Origin: Octopus sinensis
Taxonomy: Eukaryota
NCBI RefSeq assembly: GCF_006345805.1
Contig: NC_043007.1
Coordinates: 67,332,001-67,396,000 of the forward strand
Direction: 5' to 3'
DNA length: 64,000 bases
Shown here: in pieces, positions 1 to 12,639 of the stretch
Layout of the letters: each line of letters starts with the position of its first letter
Position numbering within the stretch: the stretch's first letter is position 1
Notes under the pieces: model-generated
The model's database searches: none
Seen by the model: only the letters and a program-made list of their open reading frames with translations
What the model was told of the DNA's origin: nothing
Position numbers and translations under genes: made by a program

Positions 1-661
1 CAACAGACACCATCTGAAAATCTCATGTACAGCGCCATCTTTTGAATTGATTTGATGTGATTTTCTTTGAATACTAGCAGCCTTCTGCTGGTTTGTGATA
101 TTTGTCTTGAAAGTGGGTAGATTCCACCAATGGCAAACGTGTGCTGAACATTATATTGGTTATTGATTTGTATAAAATAAATCGCATGTTTTATCAACAA
201 TACATCATATTTATGGATAATATTAAAAGAATATACAATAGATTGTGTTGAGGTATACTGGAATATACATCCTATGTATATAAGCACTCACACACACTCA
301 CATATATGTATGTGTGATTGTGTATATATACATGTATATGGAAATATATTTAAATATTGTCAAGCAATATATTACCGGTTATGGCATATAACTGGTCAGA
401 AGTTTACCATCACTTTTACACTGGCTATTACACCTTGGCAACGTTGATGACTATTCAGACATATTGATCAGAAGTACATGGCCTTTCTTTATGCTGGAGA
501 TATATAGAGAGCCTGGGTAGCTCAGTGTTGGCAAAAAGAAATAGAACAAAACATAGCAAAAAAGTTTTCTGAGAGAAAAAGAAGAGTTATTTCCAATAAG
601 TTAAGGCTGGCCATGGGTGAAGCATGTAAGCTGTGTGAGTGTGTGTATGAATATACAATTT

Positions 662-954
662 CCTAATTCAAAACTAGACATAGCCATGTTGTCAAACAAA
701 TTTCTGCTCATCAGAATAGCATCCAAAAATTTTGCTTTTTTAGTTTAGGTAGGCGCTTGGATTGTGCATATGGTCTGACCATATCTGGATGGAAGTAAAA
801 GGTGCAGGCTCTGCTTAGCAGAGAGGAGTATCATTTTAAAAAGATTTTCACAATCTACACATTCTCCTAAACTAAAAAAGCAAAATTTTCGAATGTTGCC
901 CTGATGAGCAGAATTTTGTGTTGGCAACATGATTAAGTCTCTTTTTGAATTAGG
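662..954. mobile_element. MITE-like element with ~85-bp imperfect terminal inverted repeats
   Basis: cctaattcaaaa...ctgctcatcag...ttttgctttttagtttagg (662-748) is the reverse complement of cctaaactaaaaaagcaaaa...ctgatgagcag...ttttgaattagg (~866-954); no clear TSD. Confidence 0.6.
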
Positions 955-1357
955 GGATAGCACGTGCACACATGCACGCACATGCATGCGTACACATACA
1001 CACACACAGAGTTTATGTGTTACTCATGACTGACATCAATTTATGAGAAATAACTCTTCTTTTCCTTCTAGAAAAATGTTTCATTTCATTTTTTCATTTC
1101 ATTTTTTCTTTTTGCCAACATCAACCAGAGTCTATATATCTCCAACATAAAAAAAAAAAAGGAACTACGCACTTCTGGCCAGTATGTATGAACACTCATC
1201 AGGACTGCTTGGCTGTAATCATCAGTGTGAAACTAACTGTAACATTCTGACAAGTTACATGCCATAACCAGCAATAGACTGCTTAATGATATAGAAAAAT
1301 ATAACCGCACTATTACTCATATTGAGTGTGCTGTTTTCTGACTTATAGGCAACTAAC

Positions 1358-1364
1358 TCATAAA

Positions 1365-1442
<78 letters not shown>

Positions 1443-1535
1443 GTGTATGTATGTATGTATATATACATACATACACACACATGCATACATGTGTGTGTGT
1501 ATGTGTGTATGTATACACACACACACATACAAAAT
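1358..1535. repeat. (TA)n/(TG)n/(CA)n compound microsatellite
   Basis: Direct reading; source of the spurious ORFs at 1326-1605. Confidence 0.95.
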
Positions 1536-1924
1536 ACACATGTATATGAATTGAAAATCCTCCTGCACCCTCCATATACATAGGGCTCTTATAACCTTGT
1601 ACCATATTAGTTTCTATGAGTTCATTGAAGTTCCGTAAGCAATCTCTTTTTCATATCAGAATCAACACCAGTGCTTTGCAAAATCTTACTTTTGAAGAAG
1701 GTTTAATAAGGTAGTGAATCTGAACACAGAGCAAAAAGAGCCAAAACAGATTCCATGAGCCATCATGTCTCATATTCTAACTATTTTAAATGACCACTCT
1801 TGACTGGTTCATTATTTTATCAACCCTCATAGGATGAAAGGTGAAGTTGACTTGCCAATACTTGAAGTAAGTATGCAGAGTCCCCGAACAAATGTCATAA
1901 AGTATTTTATTTGGCACTTTAATG

Positions 1925-2340
1925 ACTTTTGCTCCCCAACCATGTGGTTTTGGATTCAGTCCCATTGCGCTGTATCTAGGACAAGTGTCTTCTACTATAA
2001 CTCTGGGTCAACTGAAACCTTATGAGTGAATTTGATAGTCAGCAACTGAAAGAGACCCATCATGTGTGTGTGTGTGTGTGTGTGTTTATGTCTCTTTGCC
2101 TTGACAGTATTTGTAAAGGAGCATCACTGTCATACAAGCAGTATAGTTTATTTCCAATCTTCATAAAAATAAGCTTGACCATTGAGTAATATTACCTTGC
2201 TAGGAAACTGATGAAGGTTGTCAACAATAGGGACATCAAGCTGTAGCAAATATTTCAATGAATTCCGTCTGACATGCCAGCATTGAAAAGTTGACATTTA
2301 AACAACAATGAATCTGATGATAATAATGATGATGTATTTG
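1925..2340 (+). mobile_element. Degenerate tRNA-derived SINE (family 1) with RTE-like (GAT)n tail
   Basis: ccaaccatgtggttttggattcagtccc...ggacaagtgtcttctactata head, central (TG)n, 3' end gccagcattgaaaagttgacatttaa...gatgatg. Confidence 0.6.
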
Positions 2341-3299
2341 TTATTAAATTGAAGAGAGGTAAAATATGGCAAACATGAGCATTGTTGGCCTTATGCCTAG
2401 ATTAGAAACCATTATTATCATTAAGGTGGTGGATGATAGAAACGTTAGCATATCTGACAGAATACTTAGTAGAATTTAGCTTTACATTCTGAATTCAAAT
2501 CTCTATAAGGTTGACCTTGCTTTTCATCCTTCTAAAGTTGTTAAAAAAGTACCAATCAAGTACTGAGACTGAATAAAACATCATATTATAATTTTTTATT
2601 TAGCCAAGGCACAAATCTTTTTTTTTTCTTTTCATAGGAAATGGTGATGGACAATATATACAGCTTCAATTTATTACAGGTATTTGTTTGGCCAACTCCA
2701 CAATAATGCAAAATAAATTTGTCTCTAGTAGAATTTGAACTCTGTAGAGCAAATAACTAAACTTTAGATACCTGAAAACATCTAAAGTCTGGTTCTCTAT
2801 AGTTTCAGCTCTCTTTCACTAAAACATGACTGCATATAACTCTAATATACTCCACATTATCACATGTGTTTTGTGCATTTTCCAAACTACTAACTGTTGC
2901 ATGTATTGTCTCACTTTCACACTCCAAATCTTACTTGAGACAAGAGGGAGTCACTATATAGTTACTTGACCAACTAGAAAAATCAACTAAATCTCTCTCA
3001 AATCACTCCCTAATGTTTAAAACAAAAGGAAGGACATACTGAAAAACGTAGATCTATATAAAATATATATCTCAAAAAAAAAAGAAGGAAAAATAAAGAA
3101 AAATGATGGGTCATTGCTGAACACCTCTAATCAAAATTTTGCTGGAGTCTAAATAGTAACCACAGAAACGATTTTACTTCTCTTTCTCCCCCACCTCTTC
3201 TTTGACTTGCTGTAGGATTGGTTTAGAAGTATTGTACACCTCCACATCGTTCTGAAGGTTCACTTATTGCAGCTTCTATCCCTGATAGAAACGCAATGT

Positions 3300-3930
3300 G
3301 TTAAACTGTCGGCAGTTAAAAGTTATCTCCCTTACTTTTATTTAATTTTTTTTCCCCCGCCGTCCGACGTTTGATATTCTGTTTTCACACATAATACTTT
3401 TGTAAAACTCTCGATATTGCACTAAAGTCCACCTCTTTGAATGCAGCCAAGACATTACTTGAAACATTTCCTGAAACAGCCTTCTATCTAGAATATGCCA
3501 CCATTAAGGCAATAACTGGTTAGTTTCGTATCTCATTATTTTAATGGGGAAAAAATCATGCTTCACAGTATTTTTTTAAATCAATTTTTTTGTTTTTGGC
3601 TGCTGTGCAAAAATTTGTGAATTACAACTTATATATTATATACCCTTTCTGCATGTTAGGGCCTTTGAAATTTTATGCTCTTCCAATAATCATCAAGTAT
3701 ATTCTTGAACTGGATGGTTGTTTTTTACACAACAATCTCCTTATACCATTCTTTATCAAATGTGTACCTTCCTCTGTCTGTGAAGTACTAAAAGGAAAAC
3801 AAGCGCCTTAAGTCGAACTTCCTTTGTGAAGACCTTCAATTTTGTATTCAGTTTGGTGGCATTCCTTTGCACATATTCTATATAACTTTACATCCATTCA
3901 GGAAATTTGGTCTTCAAATCATGCTATCAT
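3300..3930 (-). pseudogene. CR1/L2-group LINE reverse transcriptase C-terminal fragment, degenerate
   Basis: Minus-strand translation EYVQRNATKLNTKLKVFTKEVRLKAL resembles the CR1 motif VQRRATKL...YEERLK.L; multiple stops and frameshifts. Confidence 0.6.
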
Positions 3931-4581
3931 GTTTAAATATCTGAGTTTTCTCTTCTATCCAAGTCATAAAAGCAACTTCAGAAAAACTGGGACTGTTGTA
4001 ATATCGAAAAAGAAAAAAAAAAACAAAAAAAAAACAGACAAACCAAACAAAAAAAAGGAGGAATCTCAGTTTTAATAAAAAGTTGTCAAGCGAAAATTTA
4101 TGCAGTGCTTGAGTGAATAGTCTGTGTATAAAATATGTATGTGTATACATATCAATATTTATATCAACATGTGTGTGACTCACTTTGTATAATGACTGAA
4201 TTATCCTAGAATGGATGAATGTTAGAATTATTTTTTTAAAAAGTCATAAATATTTCTACATACTATTTGTCTACAAGTAAATGTAAAGTAAAAGATGTTG
4301 AAGTCTGCTTGAAATATAATAATCCATATTTGGTTAAGTGCCTCAGATTTCTTGAGTTCAAATCATAATAGATATCAACATTGTCATCAATCTCCCTGGA
4401 GTAAATAAAATAATTACCAATTACCTGAAATTCAATCCAAATCAAAAAGATTCATACTGAAGAGTAGAAAAACAAGAGATGATTCTTATATTACATAATA
4501 AGTAACCATAAGCCTCCAGCTGTTTCTAAACTGTAAAGTTACTTTTGTACAAATTTTTGTGTAGGTGCATGTGTAGTATAG

Positions 4582-4618
<37 letters not shown>

Positions 4619-4629
4619 TTATGTATATA

Positions 4630-5188
4630 TTTGGTCATCCCATAAATAATGCAGTTTTTTATACTTTTATCTTTCAAAATTAAGATAAAGTTCTTTTTTA
4701 ATCTAAAATATACTCCTTCATTTTCTGCAATGCTTTTCCATCTATCTGGTAGACTTCCAACATTCACTCCTCTGTTTTGACCTTGTCTGCAGCATTCATA
4801 TTTTTTCCGTCCAAATGATTTTGAAGACTGCAGAATGTTAATCAGATGGAGCAATGTTTGGCGAATATAGTGGGAGGGGCATCATTTCCCATTCAAACTA
4901 CTCTAGGCTTGGAATGTCATCCTCACTGTATGTGGCCGAGCATTATCTTGAAACCAATGATGGTCATTTTTCTTCTAGCGCTGACTTAAGCCACTCAAGT
5001 TGCCCACGGTAGATTTCCTTTGTTATTGTTTGGTTTGGGTTTAAAAGTTCCAAATGGACTAAACCTTTTATATCCCACCAAACAGATAACAACACTTTAC
5101 ATGGGTGGATGCAGGTAGTTTATCCTATCCCTTTCTGACTTCGAGTTCATGCAATTGAAAAAACCACATTACTTATGGAAGGACCCAA
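4630..5188 (-). mobile_element. Internally deleted mariner (DD34D-type) element with TIRs and TA target site
   Basis: TA|ttggtcatcccataaataatgcagttttt ... aaaaaccacattacttatggaaggacccaa|TA; minus translation VLLSVWWDIKGLVHLELLNPNQTI, DNARPHT, PLYSPNIAPSD. Confidence 0.85.
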
Positions 5189-7491
5189 TATATATTTGTA
5201 TATTGCATTTTAAATGGCATGATGTATAACTGGTATTTAGAATCCTATGTGCAGCTTTATACATCAAAAAAGAAAACTACAAAGAGTACATGTGTATTAT
5301 TGTCCATGTTTCCTTTCACTAGTCTCCATAGAAGGATTATAGAGGATATGTAGAAGACAAAAGGGAAAAATTGGTTCTTAAATTATCTAAATTACATCAT
5401 CTTATATGTGTTTCAGTGAAGAGCATGGATGAAATATGTCATCTGGGCCGGATACGTTTTTTAAGTCTTCACTTCAGCAGTTTGTACAGATTCTGAATCT
5501 GTGATGAAGTGAAGACCTAGAGAACTTACCTGACCCAAATTGCTTAATGCAGCCATGATCTTCATCAAACGTGTTAAAATGACATAATTAAATAATTTAA
5601 GAAACTTGTGTGTAACCTATCTACTAATGTGTAGCTAATCCACTCAGATGAAGTAACAAATTGAAGGAAGAAAGTACAGGCTATGTCCTCTCATCATCTG
5701 CATATAACAGATCTGTTCATATGTAACTGATTCACTCAGTGAAAGAGTAGTGATGGAAAAAAAAAAAAAGAAAGTTGGCTCTATGAGTTTGATTTTTAGA
5801 AAACTTGCTATATTGCTTATTTCTAAGTGCCAGGAATCCTGGCAGTTCTCCTGATGGATTAAGCATGTAACCAATTTGTAATAGGAATGTGTTTTGAAGA
5901 AAAGTGTTTTTAAAAGGATTGTTATTTAAGTTTCTTTATATGCAAACAGAAAATATTTTTTCCCTTTTGTTTATGACAGTGGTTAGCAGGGTCAGTATCT
6001 TAAGTTTTTCAGTTGCACACAAGTTGCAATTACTACTGTGCCTATTGCATGCCTTCACTTAATTGGCTATTCTCTACTTGATTTTAAGATTACTTATTCT
6101 GTGATCTTTTAAATACCAAATATAATTTGGTAATGTGGAGTTATATTTACTCCTGTATATGAATGAAAGGGTATACAGCAGTCATAAGCAAAGTGCAAGA
6201 CTTTCTGAATGGCACAAAAAATTACTTTGAATCTGTTTCGTGGTGCAGTTTACCTGATGGTTAACCATATCTCATGCATCCTGCTTCTTAAAAGGGCTTA
6301 GCCCAAGCCTGGTATACAGTGAGAGGTTTTGAATGAATTTTCAGTAAAAAAAAAAACCTTTTTCATGCCATCAGTTCTGTGCACAAGCTCCTTCAAGAGG
6401 TATTTATGGCTTAGAGAAGAATTATTTATTTATCTCTAATTACATTTATACTGAGGTGATTGTGTAGTATTTCTAACTATTGAGATCCTAAATGTAAACA
6501 ACTAGAGTTTCTCTTAACATCTAAATGTTATGGTATCTCTGAGAAGCAGGAAATGTTCATTTATCAGGGTTATGAAGTATTCTGCTGTATTTGTGGAGAT
6601 AGTAATATATTGTGCATTGCTGTTTTGTTATTCAATTATATTAGGAGTGGTTGTGTATACTTCATCTTCTTAATCCTCTATTATAGTATTGGGCAGCTTT
6701 ATTAAGCATTACCTAATGATAGACTGGATATACTTCTATTCATATCGTCTGTGATATGTTTAATAACTGTGGGTGGATGTATAATTAAAACTTTTATTAA
6801 TGTATACAGTTTCTTCCTTCAGCTTATAATACAGTGTTTACCAGTAATTAGGGTTATACCATGTTTATTCTCAGATCACTATTTCCACTACATATTGCCG
6901 TAATATACTCCAATTGTGTTTTGTTGTGATATTTCTGAATTATTTATCCTAACAATTATCCTAATAATTATCTAATTATTTATCCTAACAAAGAGTCAGT
7001 TATTCAATGAATCGTCTCTTTAACCTGTTATTCAATTACTAGGTTTAATAACTTTTCTTTAACACCCATCTAACGACAAACTCAGATTAAAAGGTACCTC
7101 TCCTAACATTTTACGGGTTACTTTAAATTATTTCCCTTTAATTGTGATGTGAGAATTACTTCCCCTGATCGATAGCTCTAAATTTTTTGTTTTTGTTTTT
7201 TAAGCTGAATCACATATTTTACTTAAGGATTTGTTTGGCCAGTGAGATGTGTTCTGCCATCGGATGAAGTATTCTTAGCTATAGAAACTTCTGGGTTTTA
7301 TGGCTTCAGCTAAATGAAATAATATATATAGGCGCAGACGTGGCTGTATGGTAAGGAGCTTGCTTCCCAACCACGTTTCCAGATTCAGTACCACTGCATA
7401 GCATCTTGGACAAGTGTCTTCTACTATAGCCTCAGGCTGACCAAAGCCTTATGAGTGGATTTGGTAGACAGAACCTAAAGGACACTTGTCG

Positions 7492-7526
<35 letters not shown>

Positions 7527-7527
<1 letters not shown>

Positions 7528-7691
7528 ACTTACAAAATAAGGGCAAAAGAAAAATTCTAATGCCAAATATGCCGAAAAAAAACAAAATTGTCAATAACCA
7601 TTATAATTTATGCCTCAATGATTATTGACAATTTTGTTTTTTTCGGCATATTTGGCATTAGAATTTTTCTTTTGCCCTTATTTTGTAAGTT
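7527..7691. repeat. Near-perfect palindrome, ~70-bp arms, ~24-nt loop
   Basis: 7527-7597 is the reverse complement of 7622-7691 apart from one base in a poly-A/T run. Confidence 0.9.
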
Positions 7692-7778
7692 ATTTATAAA
7701 TTTAACCTTTAAAGGTATTTTTTGATATGCTGGCCATTGATAAAATTTTTTTTCGAAAAAACTTTATCCTACATTAGT

Positions 7779-7839
<61 letters not shown>

Positions 7840-7840
7840 G

Positions 7841-8116
7841 TTATCGAGCATGATCATTACCAGTATCGCCTTACTGGCACCTGTGCCGGTGGCATGTGTA
7901 AAAGATTTGAGCGAGGTTGTTGCCAGTACCGCCTGACTGGCATGTAAAAGCACCCACTACACTCTAGGAGTGGTTTGCGTTAGGAAGAGCATCCAGCTGT
8001 AGAAACTCTGCCAGATCAAGATTGAAGCCTGGTGCAGCCATCTGGTTTGCCAGCCCTCAGTCAATTGTCCAACCCATGCTAGCATGGAAAGCGGACATTA
8101 AACGATGATGATGATG
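7841..8116 (+). mobile_element. 5'-truncated RTE LINE 3'UTR with (GAT)n tail
   Basis: gcgttaggaagagcatccagctgtagaaac...ccaacccatgctagcatggaaagcggacattaaacgatgatgatg; same 3' end as the RT-bearing copy at 17946-19042. Confidence 0.9.
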
Positions 8117-8151
8117 TTATATATACATACATACATACATACATACATACA

Positions 8152-8187
<36 letters not shown>

Positions 8188-9189
8188 TATATGTTTATCT
8201 GTGTCTGTGTTTGTCCCCCTCTTCCCCTGACATCGCTTGACAGCCAATGCCTGCATGTTTACATCCCTGTAATTTAGCAGTTTGGCAAAGTGACAATAGA
8301 ATAAGTACTAGGCTTACAAAAAAATAAGTCCTGAGGTCGATTTCCTTGACTAAAACGCTTTAGGATGTTGCTCCAGCATGGCCACAGTGAAATGATTGAA
8401 ATGTGTAAAAGAATAATGTGTAAAAATGTGTAAAAGAATATACCTATTTCCAGTCCCTGCACAGCTCACTGCCCATTTGATAATTGTTACTTTTTATATG
8501 TGAGCACAAGACTTTAGGTATATGAGGGAGGAATATCAGTTTCTATCTGATTCGCTTTTTTCTCCAGTTTATTAATAGTGATACTTTACTTAGTTTGGTC
8601 CCTGGTACCATCCTGTGCCCACCATGACAAATATACATAATTCCCACAAGCCAATAAACAAGTCTGTCTGTTGTTGTTTTACCGTTAGAAATTGCAGCCA
8701 AATCTCCTTCAATTTGGACAGTCAATTGACAGAATGTTGCACAAATACCTTGTGATGTTTGTTTCATCTCGTCTGCAGTCAGCTTTGTCTTTCAACCTTC
8801 TATGATCGATAGAGTACTTGTAACAATTACTCCCTCTCACTCATAATCTGCTGATCATTGTGCAATTAATTCCATTTAAATGATGCCAGAAAATCCCAAC
8901 TTTGGTTAAAGGAGATGCTAGGGACCATCAGCTTTTCATAAAAACTAGTATGTTTCTGAAACCATCCCTGAAGCAGACATGGACAAATTCATTTGTAGTA
9001 CAGCAGAAGCAGACTATAGACTAAGAGTGTTGTAAGATTTGGCTGTCTCCTGATTACAAATTAATGCATAAATTACAAATTCCTAGAAGGTATGAATCTT
9101 TGACATGAGATGTTTTTATCCTTAATGAGAACTATCTTACATGCACTGCTAATATCTATTCCTCCATCCTATAATCTCATTAGGACTAA

Positions 9190-9579
9190 TCTATATATAT
9201 AAAGCTGAAGTTGTCTGTGTATGGCAGGTTTGGTAGCCTTCAACTAACACTATCTCCTCCGAGACCCTGCGGCGCAAGTTGAGCAAAAATTAGAGTATGA
9301 TAGAAGAAGGCTTGCTCTTCCTTCCGTGGAAGAAAAAATTAAAATTGGACCATGTTAACACCAAAAATTATTTACATCAAAAAGGTGCTTTTTTTCTATG
9401 AAAATCCCTATTTTTTACAATTTTTTTACTGCTGTACCGCCATTTTTCAGTGTCTTTCAACCAGAAAAATGCTCACTTAAAGAGAATAACAAGCTACATA
9501 AAGCAAAATTTTTACTTTTCAAAAATTCCAACTCTAAAGGGTCGAAACAAACCTGAGCAATGCCAGGCGATACTTCTAG
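9190..9579 (+). mobile_element. Non-autonomous Helitron (~390 bp)
   Basis: A|TCTATATATATAAAG 5' end; subterminal hairpin cctgagcaatgccagg; 3' CTAG|T; no TSD. Confidence 0.85.
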
Positions 9580-9844
9580 TAAACTATAAATGGATATTTC
9601 TTACAGGGAATGATCAAGCAACTGACACGTTTCACTGCATAGGACAACTAAATATCTATTATTTTAAATTTCTGTCACCAATTAATTATGGCTAGCCACT
9701 GTAAACTTTGTCCTCATAATATCTGTCCATGCTGTCTTAATGCTTTGGGAAAGGCATAAACATTAGACTCCTTTCCTCCTTCTACCCCAATCATAGGTTT
9801 TATGTTATTGTAGAGATATAATGAAAATATATTTTTAAATAGAC

Positions 9845-10570
9845 CCCTTAGAACTCATACCTGCTGCCATTGCAAGTCAGTTCAAGAAGCAAGTATTCTT
9901 AAAATAAATAGAAAAGAAATTATGTGTAGGAAGGCTAACAGAGAAAAGTTTTTGTATATGGAAAATGCACAGGAGCAAAGAACATGGAGGACACAAGAGA
10001 GATAGGTTTTCTGAAATAATGCAAGAGGCTCCCTAAAGTAGTGAATAGTTTCTGTTAACTTGGTATCCTTATTAGCATTGGAGGAGGATGCTCTGAAAGT
10101 ACAGCTGCTAGAATAAGAATAGGATGGAAGTTCAGAGAGCTATTACCTCTGTTGGAAACAAAAGGTCTCTCTCCTCAAATGAAAGGCAAATTGTATGTTT
10201 CTTGTGTGTGAACAGCAATGGTACATGATAGTGAGACATGGGCCCTGAATGCAGGAGACATGCAAAGACTAGAGGAATGAACCTAGTATGCCCCATTGGA
10301 TGTGCAACGTCAAAGTACATATATGGCAAAGTGCTAATGTATTGAGAGGAAACTTAGGCATAAAAGGAATCAAATGTAATGTGCATGAGAGAAGACTGCA
10401 CTAATTTGGTTATGCGATGAGTATGGATGAGGACAGTTGCATAAAAAAATGGTGCTGGTCACTCAAATTGTTGAAGAGGGAAGCCCAGGAAGACATGGGC
10501 CAAAGTAGTAGTGAAGGCTGGTCTTGAGATGCTAAGCCTCACAGAAGAGATGACAAAAGACTGAGAAATA
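9845..10570 (+). pseudogene. Old RTE LINE ORF fragment (Cys-rich region to RT C-terminus)
   Basis: Translation LKVVNSFC.LG...GGGCSESTAARIRIGW, KGLSPQMKGKLY, MVHDSETWAL, ERRLH; many stops. Confidence 0.85.
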
Positions 10571-10794
10571 GATTCTCTTAAATACCTGGATGTCTCCTAA
10601 GAATGGAAAGAAACAGTGAGACGTGCAATGTTAGCAAGCATTGTTAAATGAGATGATGAAAACTAGAGGACACCTCTTTTCAATTCAATATTAACATATA
10701 TACCTACATCTGTTACATATAAGCATATATGGTATACATACATATACATATTTATTATATAATATATAATATATATATTTATATATATGTATGA

Positions 10795-10829
<35 letters not shown>

Positions 10830-10934
10830 AACAATTTAATAAATAAAACATATGCATACATACATACATATATGTACATACCTACATCTATATGTATATA
10901 TACATGCATATATATATATGAGTACAGGACACCA

Positions 10935-11115
10935 CAAATAAACGTAGAACACAACGAGAAACGAAAACATAAAATCAAACAAGGAAACAGACTTTTTTTA
11001 ACAATGAAAAAACAGAGTACAAGACAAACAATACAAGGAATATTCCCCTTCATCAGCTGCCCCTGTTTCGACTCAATGCGTGTTTCGATTCTCCAAGTAA
11101 GTTTTTATTATATAT
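10935..11115 (-). mobile_element. Interspersed repeat fragment, possibly a Penelope-like pseudo-LTR
   Basis: Minus strand reads gaatcgaaacacgc...gaaacaggggcagctgatgaagggg followed by a T-rich tract, flanked by (TA)n; family assignment is inference. Confidence 0.35.
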
Positions 11116-11120
11116 ATACA

Positions 11121-12266
11121 CTAGCTGAAGGTGACCCGCTCTACGCGTGGGTAAGAGTGTGGTTGTTACTTTCTGTTGCTTCCTTTCAGCATGTAAAAAG
11201 CACCATCCGAACGTGGCCGATTGCAGCGCCGCCTTGACTTGCCTCTGTGCCGGTGGCACGTAAAAAGCACCAACCGATCGTTGCCGCTGCGAGCCCTCTG
11301 GCACCTGTGCCGGTGGCACGAAAAAAGCACCCACTACGCTCACAGAGTGGTTGGCGTTAGGAAGGTCATCCACCTGTAGAAACACTGCCAGATCAGACTG
11401 GAGCCTGGTGCAGCCTCCTGGCTTCCCAGACCCCGGTCAAACTATCCAACCCGTGCTAGCACGGAAAACGGACGTTAAACAATGATGATGATGATGATTC
11501 TCCGTCTTTGTTTCTCTCTCCTTTCTCTCTCACTTTCCCACTCTCTTACTTTTCTTTTCTCTCGGACTCTCCCTCGCTTTCTCTTACTCTCTATCTTTAT
11601 CTATCTCTCTCCCATTTATAAACAACAGAAGATCTTGAGTAAGTTGAGAAATAAAATATTTAGAAAGATCAATCATAAATATCAAGCAGTGGCAACGGAA
11701 AGGTCTGCTTCAAGGCAGACAGCAAAACGCTAACATTTAAAAGGGACAGACGAACTTGCGAGCTGAATAAAAATAATAAAATATTGGAAACCAACGTTTG
11801 AAGGGATAGAATCTGAGGATAGCAGAGTCACCATGGCTGGCATTTCTTAACGACGGACAACAACGTATTGACAGTTTAACGGCTGGCGTAAAATTTTGAA
11901 CTTGATGTAAAAGAAAATTCGTAAACACCAAGTTTTGAAGTGATTCTTTCTCACGACAGTAGACTCACCATGGGAAGCATTCAAAACTTCTTTATCATGG
12001 ACGGCAACACATTGACGATTAAAAGGCTGGCGCAAATTTTTTAGCTTGATGTAACAGAGAATTCCTAAACACCCGCTCCTTGAAATTTTAATCCCCTTCC
12101 AGCCCCATTTAGACCCCTTTTCACATTTTGGTTAATATAACCCGATTTCATTCGGGTCTACTGGGGCCACATTTTATAAGATGAGGAATTTTGTCCTAGA
12201 GGTAACGCCTTTCATTTGAGGAAAAAAATAGTTGTCATGCAAACTTGCCAGCACTTTTAATATAGG
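11121..12266 (-). mobile_element. Non-autonomous Helitron carrying a nested RTE fragment and a CT-rich tract
   Basis: Minus 3' end acccacgcgtagagcgggt...CTAG|T at 11121; 5' end cctatattaaaag near 12266; diverged internal duplication at 11830-12070. Confidence 0.65.
11188..11498 (+). mobile_element. 5'-truncated RTE LINE 3'UTR with (GAT)n tail
   Basis: gccggtggcacg subrepeats, ggcgttaggaagg, ends gacgttaaacaatgatgatgatg. Confidence 0.9.
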
Positions 12267-12639
12267 TGTGCATATTTTCAGCTGAATCGACCGACTACGT
12301 AATGCACACATTATATATATATATATGTATATAAATGTGTGTGTGCATGCATTATATATACAAATGTATACAAATGAGATATATATCTGTATAAATTAAA
12401 TTAGAGAGAAAACCACTAATAGGCAAATCAAACAGTGAAAAACCAAAAACAAAAACATAAAAAAAAATATAATATAGAAAATATAAAATTGAAAAATTGA
12501 AATTATTTAAATTGAAAATAAAAATTATTAAATTATATTTATAATTTGTTTAAAACATACATTATATATACATATTTATATATAGAACACACATATAAAT
12601 GAACGCAAGAATATCTGATTCATAATATTTGTTCTCATG

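Larger units (their letters stand above)
7331..8442 (+). mobile_element. tRNA-derived SINE (family 1) split by two nested insertions in its central (TA)n
   Basis: 5' half 7331-7495 (ggcgcagacgtggctgtatggtaag...gacaagtgtcttctactatagcc); 3' half 8190-8442 (gtttgtcccc...gaataagtactaggcttac...ccagcatggccacag...gtaaaagaata). Confidence 0.85.

Noticed and set aside
1326-1605. YI/CV/HT-rich ORFs here and at 10663-11053, 27589-27789, 45229-46211 and 47718-47935
   Set aside because: Translations of dinucleotide microsatellites.
2638-2679. 42-nt plus-strand exon candidate (ttcatag|GAAATGG...TTACAG|gtatt)
   Set aside because: It lies among degenerate SINE remnants and resembles a decayed SINE tail; no compatible neighbouring exon was found.
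5501-5600. Box C/D snoRNA (GTGATGA...CTGA), or a minus exon ending at CAG|GTAAGT near 5530
   Set aside because: No terminal D box or closing stem at a suitable distance; the longer acceptor choices give stops in all frames and the short open option has a weak acceptor.
9861-9897. 37-nt minus-strand exon with ATG GCA GCA G|gtatga
   Set aside because: It falls inside the plus-strand RTE ORF remnant (Cys-rich region), so the splice-like signals are probably coincidental.
10935-11115. Hammerhead ribozyme (CTGATGA and GAAAC words on the minus strand)
   Set aside because: The core elements are not connected by the required stems I-III in any circular permutation I could fold.
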